A DNA stretch of 32,050 nt from Octopus bimaculoides. Lineage: Eukaryota. The notes beneath the pieces were generated by a model. That model was not told the DNA's origin and did not search any database. It saw only the letters and a program-made list of their open reading frames with translations. Positions 11,113 to 20,289 of this stretch are shown one piece after another. The stretch's first letter is position 1, and every line of letters starts with the position of its first letter. Position numbers and translations under genes: made by a program. Location of the stretch: assembly GCF_001194135.2 (NCBI RefSeq), contig NC_068987.1, positions 109,442,328 through 109,474,377 on the forward strand, given 5' to 3'.

Positions 11113-12044
11113 ATATTTACATACAAATTCAAGATCTCATACATACATCATATGGTAAGATGAAATATTTTCATAAATGGTGTATATATTTTATTTAAAA
11201 CATGACTGCACAATAATGTAGTCCTTAATTTAAGATTACTCAACTGTTTAATCACAATGTTAAAAAATAAATATTTTTTCAAAAAATTTCTCAATATTAA
11301 TATTGTTGCTATTATGCAAAAGTGTTTTAAGTCCAAAACGTTGCTTTTTCAGAAAACAAACAAATAGTTTCACCATTCCATAGCAAAAACCGTTGAACTA
11401 CACTTTGACAATTTTTCATATCTTGGCATCTGAAGCAGCTGGAGATACAATAGTTTGACTAAAAGAACCGGCTATTGCAGGCAAAAATAAATATTGAAAT
11501 AAAAAAACACATTTGGCCAACTTTGAACATACGACAGTTTTACATAATAGCAATGATATATTCTTTTCCCTCCTGTGTGAATATATCTGGGGTCAGTTCA
11601 GGTATTTCTTTCAATATAGTTACTCATTTCAATGAAAAATGTACTCGTATTCTGTGACAATGATTTAAAATAGATATAAGTGATATGGCGATGTTTCATT
11701 GGTAAATGTTTTGACAAATTGTCAACCTTGTCACTTGGGAATTGTTTGTGCCATCCTCAATAATTCAATGAATATTAGTTTCTATACAGCTGTGAACAAC
11801 ATACTATAATTAGCTTAGGTAACATTATTAGATTATAGCATGGAAAACAGACATTAAATGATGATGATGTAATGTTATTAGATTCTCACAATAATTCTCC
11901 ATATTCAATATTGTCTAAATTATGAAAGAAGGTGTTACAGGAGCTAATTATTGTCTGTTTACAGCTGTATAGAAACAATGATATTGCTTGTTACCTGTAA
12001 GAATGCATTTGTGTTAAGAGAGAATGATCTTCTATACATTAGTG

Positions 12045-13160
12045 TTATGGTATCTCCCCTGTATGAATCCATTTGTGAGTATTTAAATTATTTTCTTCGG
12101 AGAATAATTCACCACAAATGTCACAGTGATAAAGCTTATCTCCTGTATGTATGAGTTTGTGTGTAGTCAGGTGACTTCTTCGACAGAACGATCTACCACA
12201 GACATCACAGTGATATGGTTTATCTCCTGTATGAATACGTTTATGAGTATTTAAGTCACCACTTTGTGAGAAAGATTTATTGCAGATGTCACAGTGGTAT
12301 GGCTTATCTCCTGAATGAATACGTTCATGAGAGGTCCAGTAACTCCTTCGAGAAAACGATTTACCACAGACATCACAAAGATACGGCTTCTCTCCTGTAT
12401 GAATGCGTTTGTGCGTGGTTAAGTGACTGTCTATAGAGAATGATTTACCACAGATATCACAATGATATGGCTTCTCTCCTGTATGAATGCGTTTGTGTTT
12501 AGTTAAGCTACATGTTACAGAGAAAGATTTACCACAGATATCACAGTGATATGGTTTCTCACCAGTATGAATTCGTACATGAGTAGTCAAGTGATTTGCT
12601 TGAGAGAATGATCTACCACAAATCTCGCAGTGATATGGTTTCTCTCCTGTATGAATACGCATGTGAATAGTTAAATGACGTTCTATAGCGAACGATTTGC
12701 CACAAATATCACAGTGAAATGGCCTCTCGCCTGTATGGATGTGTTTGCGAGAAGTCGAGTTAACTGTTGTAGAGAATGATTTTGCACTGATATCACTGCG
12801 ACTCGATTTCTCTCCTGTATGAACGTGTTTGTGAGAATTGAATGAACTCCTTCGAAAGAATGATTTACCGCAGATATCACACTGATATGGTTTATCTCTT
12901 GTATGAATACTTTGGTGAGTTTTTAAGACAGTACTTTGAGAGAATGATTTTCCACAGATATCACAGTGATATGGTTTCTCTCCTGTATGAATACGTTTGT
13001 GTCTGGTTAAGTTACTCTTTTTAGAGAAAGACTTTTTACAGATATCACAGAAGTATGATGCTTTTGCTATCTGTTTCAGTATCTCATAGGGAAAACCAAT
13101 CCTTTTGTATTGTGTTTTATATTTAACCAGGGTCTCCTCACAAAGCTCGTTTTCCATCAT
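12045..13160 (-). CDS. C2H2 zinc-finger protein, 371 aa, 12 tandem finger units (finger 4 degenerate), paralogue 2
   Basis: Open ORF with CxxC-x12-HxxxH repeats and TGEKPY linkers; about 36-aa N-terminal leader; in-frame stop just upstream of the ATG; no recognisable KRAB/SCAN/ZAD/BTB domain. Confidence 0.93.
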   Translation of the reverse strand: MMENELCEETLVKYKTQYKRIGFPYEILKQIAKASYFCDICKKSFSKKSNLTRHKRIHTGEKPYHCDICGKSFSQSTVLKTHQSIHTRDKPYQCDICGKSFFRRSSFNSHKHVHTGEKSSRSDISAKSFSTTVNSTSRKHIHTGERPFHCDICGKSFAIERHLTIHMRIHTGEKPYHCEICGRSFSQANHLTTHVRIHTGEKPYHCDICGKSFSVTCSLTKHKRIHTGEKPYHCDICGKSFSIDSHLTTHKRIHTGEKPYLCDVCGKSFSRRSYWTSHERIHSGDKPYHCDICNKSFSQSGDLNTHKRIHTGDKPYHCDVCGRSFCRRSHLTTHKLIHTGDKLYHCDICGELFSEENNLNTHKWIHTGEIP

Positions 13161-13665
13161 TTCTTTCTTTCATACAATATATGAATACCTTTTGTTCTGT
13201 AGTCTTTATATTTGATGCCTAACAAATATTTCTTCAACTATATTGCCATAAACTGTTATCTTATTTGAAGATGCTGCAAACAGTTACCTACATGGTAAAT
13301 TTTATTCAGATATCATCATTTCAGATTTAATTATTGTGAGAAAGCTTAGTGTGACAGAATCCTTCTTTGTAACATGGAGCAAAAACTAAAGGAAAACTTT
13401 TTGTCATGACATATCCACATATAAAATGTTTTCCAGAGAAGCCAGTTATATCTTCAGGGTAAATTTATCCATGTATATAAAGAATGAAAATTATTTTGTA
13501 GATATTCAGTGAAGTAGAGAAATAGCGTTGCAAATCTCAATTCAGGAGAAATATTTCAGACTTGTATAAAAGAAGGTTTTATCCATTTTGTATAGCTTCT
13601 TTAGCAGATGATAATACCGTTGAACCATGCGAAAAACATGAATGTTGTGCCAAAGTAGTCGGAAT

Positions 13666-13682
13666 CTGAAATAACAAAGAAA
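13666..13682 (-). promoter_or_regulatory. Predicted splice acceptor of the coding exon of ZF paralogue 2
   Basis: Minus strand tttctttgttatttcAG, conserved with 3474-3490. Confidence 0.65.
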
Positions 13683-13817
13683 CAGAATAAGATAGAAAAT
13701 ATACTTAAACAGCAGAGATTGAACAGTGAAAAATAAGCATCATTTTTGTACTAATTTATTGTAAACTCAAGCCTTTACTTTGAACAACTGAATTTTACTT
13801 TTTGCTTTAATCATACA

Positions 13818-14520
13818 GGTGTCACTGTGTTGTGATAAGTTTGCTTCCTGACAACACAGTTTCAGGTCCAGTCCTACTGCGTGGTACCTTGCTCAAGGGT
13901 CGTTGACTATGGCCTCAGGACAACCAAAATCTTTAGTGGATTTAGTAGACAGAAACAGAAAGGCCATCTTGTGTGTGTAAGCTTTGGTAACTAAGCGGTT
14001 CGACTAAAGAGAACAACAGAATAAATACAAGACTTTAAGAAAGAAATAACCACTGGCGTCAATTCGTTCAACAAAACTTCTTCCCTGCGGTGCTCCAGTA
14101 TGGCCGCAGTCTAATGACTGAAACGAGTAAAAGGTGAAAGATATAGACGTGACTGTGTGGCAAGAAGATTGCTTCCCAAACACATGGTGCCAGGTTCAGT
14201 CCCACAGCATATACCTTAAGCAAGTGTCTTCTACTATAGCCACAAGCCGACCAAAGCCTTGTGAGTAGATTAATAGTCAGAAACTGAAAGAAGCTCGTCC
14301 TATACATATTTGTGTGTTTGTGCTTGTCCCCCACCACCGCTTGACAACCGGTGTTGGTTTGTTTACGTTCCTGTAACGTTGCAGTTCGACGTAAGCGACC
14401 GAAAGAATAAGTACCAGGCTTTAAAAATAACTACTATGGTCGACTCGTTCAATTAAACCACTTCAAGGTAGTGTCCCAGCATGGTCGCAGTCCAATGAAT
14501 AATACAAGTGAAAAATAAAA
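13818..14520 (+). mobile_element. Two tandem tRNA-derived SINE copies (about 13818-14134 and 14147-14520)
   Basis: Both colinear with 17252-17630, ending ggccgcagtc.aatga.tgaaac.agt.aaa. Confidence 0.75.
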
Positions 14521-14597
14521 AATACGTTTGTATGAAACGTTCGTATTTGCAAACAACAGATATACCTTCAGACAGTATAGTGACTCTTGAGCAAGGA

Positions 14598-14700
14598 GAC
14601 ATACTTATTTTATCGATCCCAAAAGGATGGAAAGCAAAGTCGGCCTCGGTGGAATTTGAACTGAGAACGTAAAGTCGGATGAAATGCTGGTAAGCATTTT
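14598..14700 (-). mobile_element. SINE fragment, third family (CORE-like)
   Basis: Minus strand ...gttcaaattccaccgaggccgactttgctttccatccttttgggatcgataaaataagta; the same family occurs at 23040-23250. Confidence 0.6.
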
Positions 14701-14739
14701 GAAAATATTACCGAGATTGTAATCCGGAACAAACTAAAA

Positions 14740-14822
14740 GGGTTAGGGTTTTAGGGTTAGGATTACACGATTAGGGTTACGGTTTTAGAGTTAGTGTTAG
14801 GATTTTAGGGTTAGGGTTAGGT
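14740..14822 (+). repeat. Degenerate interstitial (TTAGGG)n-like tract
   Basis: gggttagggttttagggttagg...ttagggttacgg.tttagagttagtgttagg.tttagggttagggttagg. Confidence 0.75.
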
Positions 14823-15136
14823 AATCGTGCGGGTGTTAATCTGAAAATTTACCAACTAAAACGTGACGGAGCATCTGTCGTCTAGAAATAGCAATCAAAT
14901 TACACCATTCAGCTATTAAAATGGATCGACAATAGTTTAGTCGTCTAATATACATTATGCTTGAATAATTAAGGGGGTGGAGATGGATGGAAGAATTTTT
15001 TTTTTTAAATAAAAAGTTCAGCATAATCGAAGCTGAAATGAAACTAAAACAACAAATAACTGAAATAATACAAAATATATAAACGTAGCTTTATGTTCAT
15101 AAAAACCAAAATATCGAATTGATTCGAGATACTTAA

Positions 15137-15414
15137 CCCATTACCTACCAGTGATCTCATATGAGATCACTTAAAAATTACAAATTTCGTAATTAACTGT
15201 CAATATTTACACATATCTAACCTTTTTGCTTTATCTACTTGGTATATTTCTCTGATATTCAAATGATGTTTGCTAATTTTTCACCCAATATCTCACTTAG
15301 TTCTATTTAAAATGTTATTTTGATCATTCCAGCGTGTTTCTAAGGCTGTTTTATGCTAGAAATCAAGTTTCATAAAAAAAAATTCCAGTTAATAGAACTA
15401 TGGGAGGTAATGGG
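15137..15414. mobile_element. piggyBac-like MITE, 278 bp
   Basis: TTAA target duplication (15133-15136, 15415-15418); TIR cccattacct/aggtaatggg; internal perfect 20-bp palindrome gtgatctcatatgagatcac (15151-15170); single TTAA empty site in the paralogue at 5278-5281. Confidence 0.85.
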
Positions 15415-15418
15415 TTAA

Positions 15419-15425
15419 TACTTAC
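15419..15425 (-). promoter_or_regulatory. Predicted splice donor (GTAAGTA) of a 5' non-coding exon, ZF paralogue 2
   Basis: Consensus donor conserved with 5282-5288. Confidence 0.6.
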
Positions 15426-15897
15426 GTATGAATGAGAGTCCTGAAGTGCCAATATGTCAAACTTGCTGTCAACGAGAGAACAATGACACTGCCAACACAA
15501 CTTTTCAATGTATTCCTACCAAACATCAAACTATTTGTTACGATTCTTCACAGATGCTTTATCTTCACCTTTGATTCCAATGTAATTTCATATTATTTTG
15601 CAGCAATGGACTATATCCTCTGAAAGGATATATAATAATAATAATAATATATATATATATATATTCTTTGTGACCGAAGAAATCTTTCTCAATGCGAATA
15701 ATGGATATGCAGAGGAATTATTGCAATTTATGTACTAATAGTATTTCGTTTAGTTCTTATAATGGAATTGTAGAATTTTTTGGTAATGGGAGGACCAGTA
15801 ATAGCTCTGGATAATATTCAAAAGGAAATTTTAGTTAATAATAGCGAAAATAAACTTGGAAATGATTTCCTGATAATTCAGAAACAGGGTTATTGCT

Positions 15898-15906
15898 ACC
15901 GGAAGT
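15898..15906. promoter_or_regulatory. ETS/GABP-type motif ACCGGAAGT; candidate promoter of ZF paralogue 2
   Basis: Conserved in sequence context and spacing with 5755-5764. Confidence 0.5.
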
Positions 15907-17251
15907 AATGAATGAGAAGTGATACGGCAGTGAATAATTGCGTGTCTGTGTGATTGTGCGTGTGTGTAAGAGATAAATATTATAAGTGCGGGATTGAAAA
16001 TGGATGATAATAAAATTAGAAATGTATAAAATTTAAGTTGCTATAATGAGCAAACGAAATGAAAAATTCAATGCTTAAGAAGTCAATTTTTAATACATTT
16101 TATTTTTCATTTCTTAACGACATCATTTAATTAACTTAGGAAAGAGTAGATATTTTTTTACAAAAAAAAAAAAAAGAAGAATACACGGGAAAGTTATGAG
16201 GAATTGACAACTCATTGGAAGAGAAATCTGTTTTTGAAATGAGTTGTCAATTTGCAATTACCTGTAGCATTTTTTTTTTTTTATAAATGTCACCTTTTAC
16301 GATGAAAAACTGCACAAATATTCTAAATATGAAATCAAGTGGAACAAACATTGAAGAAATTAAATAAGTGGTAGCCAAAACGAAAAGATTCCAACGCTCC
16401 TCTCATGATTTATCTAAATGATGTGGTTGAGAAATTAAAACAGATGTCTACAATTGATAACTGATGTTTAATAATATACTTTAAAAGTACTTTTGCTATT
16501 TGTTTCGCATCCTCAGGATTGCCAAGTTCATACTAGTGTATTCCTGACTTCGTTTACTTTCATTTTCAATCCCACACTTACGTGATCCTAAAACGAAAGA
16601 TTACCGTATGGCAGGAGCTACTTACAGATATTGCAAGCTCTTCTCTATGGGACTAAAGTATCAGAAACAATGGATAGCGTGTGACAAAAGCTATCTTAGA
16701 GGGAACTCGGAGGTATTAACCAGGGAAAATATTGTCTTTCCTTGTCTGTGCTGAGTCCGACGTCTTGCCTACCCAGAGACCCACATTACATGCAGAGAAT
16801 CCTGCGGGCCGTAGATTTGACCGTGAATAGTCTAAAAAATTAGACTCATTACATGAAATAAATCAGCTCAATTACACATTTTAAATGATGTAAGGGAAGT
16901 AACTACTCAAATCACTTTCAATCGTTTCCTTTGCAAAACAGTGACAGAAGTACAGGAGAGAGATTAACAGTTCATACGAGGTAATACCTGAATATCAAAG
17001 TCACAACGATATCATCTTGGCATGACCTTACCTTTTCTTCTATAGAGTAAGCTATCTTTCAGCACATTTTGAATTTTTTTTTCCACTAAACCTAAACGAG
17101 AGCAGATCTAAATAATATTTTCGACATCAACTTACAGAGACTGTCTCTAGTTAAGTGAGAGAAAACTATTTTAAATGTCTAGATAGTATATGAAAAGGAA
17201 TATATTTTACAAAAGAACAACAAGAAATAAAACAAAAAATGGGGAGAAAGA

Positions 17252-17630
17252 GGCGCGGAAGTAGCTGTGTGGTAAGTAGCTTGCATACCAACCACATGGT
17301 TCCGGGTTCAGTCCCACTGCGTTGCATCTTGAGCAAGTGTCTTCTACTACAGCCTCGGGCCGACCAAGGTCTTGTGAGTGGATTTAGTGAGCGTAGGCAG
17401 GAGGCCCGTCGTGTAGATGTATGTGTGTGTGTTTGTATTTGTCCCCCGCAACATCGCTTGACAACCGATGCCGGTGTGTTTACGTCCCCGTAACTTAGCG
17501 GCTCGGCAAAGGAGACCGATAGAATAAGTACTAGGCTTACAAAGAATAAGTCCTGGGGTCGATTTGTTCGACTAAAGGCGGTGCTCCAGCATGACCACAG
17601 TCAAATGACTGAAACAAGTAAAAGAGAGAA
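17252..17630 (+). mobile_element. Young full-length tRNA-derived SINE
   Basis: A box tgtgtggtaag, B box gggttcagtccc, internal (GT)n, 3' gaaacaagtaaaagag followed by an A-rich run. Confidence 0.88.
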
Positions 17631-17649
17631 AAAGAAAAAAAAAACCATC

Positions 17650-18200
17650 AATGCAGCACAAAGTGGTGGAACAGCCAAGTACCCTCACAAGCGATGACAA
17701 TAACTTCGCCGTTAGCGGCCCAGCCCCTTCAATCTCAAAAGCCACAGGCTGGAAGAGGTAGTTCGCTGACAGGTCCTGATACTTCAGGATTTTGTTCTGT
17801 TCAGCTCCAGAAGCAGTGACCCCCCATTTACAGCAGCATCCAGGATGTGGGAAGAAGCAAAGAAGTCACAGATTGTGGCATCCCGGATGGGGCACCTACT
17901 TCTTACCCAGGGACAGAGGGTAAGACCATCTGATCTCTCCCCATCACTATTGAATAATCCTGCCGGGTCCAGAACTGAGGGGATATTAATCTGAGCCAGG
18001 GTCCACTTAATGATCAAGTTTAGCTTGGTGTGATGAGTGAAACAGCCAGCATTTAGGTGGCAAGACAGATCATGAAGACTTATCACAGCAACATGTCAGT
18101 CCCCGATGGATGAGTGCAATGGAGATGCGGAGCTTATCAAGACTAAATAGACCTCCAATGTTGGACACAGGTGGGACATCAATCCAGTCCCCCGAAAATT
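17650..18200 (-). mobile_element. CRE-like non-LTR retrotransposon 3' fragment (zinc knuckle plus restriction-like endonuclease)
   Basis: Minus peptides GDWIDVPPVSNIG..DKLRISIAL, HDLSCHLNAGCFTHHTKLNLIIKWTLAQINIPSVLDPAGLFNSDGERSDGLTLCPW, AEQNKILKYQDLSANYLFQPVAFE match the H.LSC..H..LN..EP.GL.R.DGKRPDG..PW..AE..K..KY pattern of CRE-type RLE elements. Confidence 0.75.
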
Positions 18201-18530
18201 TTACACTAGTAGAAAGTAGGTGACACCTTGAAAATTGATCAGATTGATCAAGGAGAGGGTTGAAAGTGGCGCTTGGGCACAGATTGCCCCATACTCTCTG
18301 CTTTCGTCTACATAGTTATTGTTGATATAATTACAATTATTAATACATGTTTTATTTACATAGATTGAATTGCAGTTTCCTGGTAGACCCAGAAAGATGT
18401 GGGACAAAGGGAGAAGGGATCTTCAGCCGTTGGGCCTCACAGAGATGATAAGGGACCATGATTCCTGGCAGTTTACTGTGCTTAAGAAGACATATTAAGC
18501 TAAGTAAAACTGTGGCTGTCCATACATATA

Positions 18531-18926
18531 CTCTTTTACTTGTTTTCAGTCATTTTGACTGTGGCCATGCTGGAGTACCGCCTTTAGTCGAGCAAATCGA
18601 CCCTGGGACTTATTCTTTGTAAGCCTAGTACTTATTCTTTCGGTCTCCTTTGCTGAACTGCCAAGTGACGGGGTACATAAACACACCAGCACTGGTTGTC
18701 AAGCAATGTTAGGGGGACAAACACAGACACACAAACATACACACACATATATATACATATATACTATGGGCTTCTCTCAGTTTCCGTCTACAAAATCCAC
18801 TCACAAGGCTTTGGTCGGTCCGAGGCTATAGTAGAAGACACTTTCCCAAGGTGCCACGCAGTGGGACTGAACCCGGAACCATGTGGTTGGTAAGCAAGCT
18901 ACTTACCACACTGCCACTCCTGCGCC
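18531..18926 (-). mobile_element. Young full-length tRNA-derived SINE, inverted relative to 17252-17630
   Basis: Reverse complement starts ggcgcaggagtggcagtgtggtaagtagcttgcttaccaaccacatggttccgggttcagtccc. Confidence 0.88.
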
Positions 18927-19709
18927 TATATAGGTATGTTCTGTATGTCCCTCTCTCAGATGAGAGGTCCATCTGTCAAGTGTTCGCAGGTGTTGGGGTC
19001 ATGTAAAAATGCCCATGCCAGTCTCAGATAAAAGTGCTCATGCCAATGCCACATAAAAAATCACCTAGTACACTTTGTTATTTAATATTTATCAGCTATG
19101 AGGAAGTGCATGGCTTAGTGGTTGGGACAAAAGACTACCTTATTCCTTGGTTTGAAATAAGCAGAAGTGCTTTCTCACTTGACTTGTAGGCAGCATGTGG
19201 TAGTAAGCCAGGTAGGGCACAAAAGGATAGCTGGCAGATTTAGTTGGTGTACATAGCTTAGAATTGGATGTAAAGTGGGATTGGAACTAAACAATGCAAT
19301 CCAGTAAACTGAGAGTCATAGCTGCATATAGCAGTCTATGGTACTTGTTTCAAGATGAGCCAGCAATGTACCAACACGGATTAAATGTATATTGTAAAAT
19401 AAAGCACCAAGATTTCCAATTTCACAGATACAATGGTTGTTTTCTGCATTCAAAATAATCAAATTAGATGTAATGATTTCTATGAAGGAGATAATTTGAT
19501 AGAAACAATTCTGTTTCTAAGAATAAATGTTTAATAAACCTTAGATTTGGATTTAACCCAAATATTGTTCATTAATTATATATGTATATATATATATATA
19601 TATATGATGAGTTCAGCAAAAATTTAGATTTAGGTGAATATGGTACTTAAGTTTAGGCACCAGAATTTAGTAAGGTATTATCCATACAATTTCAAAGTAA
19701 GGTGATTAA

Positions 19710-20060
19710 AATCAAAATAAGCAACAAGGATATCCAGAGGTAATGCAGTACGATCGTTTCATGCAACTCCATTTAATTGAACAATGTAAACATTACATCA
19801 ATTTAAAATGCAGAGCAAGACTCAGCTGCACAAAGACAGAATTTAATAAAATTAGAACAGATGGATACATTAGTATAATAATGCCTAAAACCTCCCAGAG
19901 GTTAGGGAGACAGACAGAAAATAATTAAATTCTATGTCTTAGTGCAGCTGAAGATTGCTCTGCATTTTAAACTGATGTAATGATTACATTGTTCAATTAA
20001 ATGGAATTGCATGAAACGATCGTACTGCATTACCTCTGGATATCCTTGTTGCTTATTTTG

Positions 20061-20063
<3 letters not shown>
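19710..20063. repeat. Long inverted repeat (arms 19710-19847 and 19924-20063, 76-nt spacer), probable MITE
   Basis: Outer 57 bp pair perfectly; 7 substitutions and one 2-nt indel in total by manual alignment; (TA)n tracts at 19577-19605 and from 20063. Confidence 0.9.
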
Positions 20064-20108
<45 letters not shown>

Positions 20109-20129
20109 TACATGCAGGCAGAGATACAT

Positions 20130-20289
20130 ATGATGGACTTCTTCCAGTTTCTGTCTACCAAATTCATTCACAAGCAATTAGTCAGCCCAGAGCTATAGTA
20201 GAAAACATTTGCCCAAGATGCCATGAAGTGAGACTGAACCTGGAACTGTGAGGTTGGGAAGCAAATTCTTACCACACAACCATACCTGA
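20130..20289 (-). mobile_element. SINE head fragment
   Basis: Reverse complement of the common SINE head. Confidence 0.7.

Noticed and set aside
12215-13024. Plus-strand ORFs overlapping the ZF genes (also 2121-2384, 2793-2999) and alternate-frame ORF 12683-12880
   Set aside because: Antisense or off-frame shadows of the 84-bp finger repeat; no independent coding signal.
12045-13050. Regular 84-bp repeats resembling a CRISPR array
   Set aside because: Fully explained by C2H2 finger coding periodicity; eukaryotic context, no cas genes.
17252-17330. tRNA genes at the A/B-box-containing heads
   Set aside because: They continue into SINE bodies and lack a complete cloverleaf; treated as tRNA-derived SINE heads.
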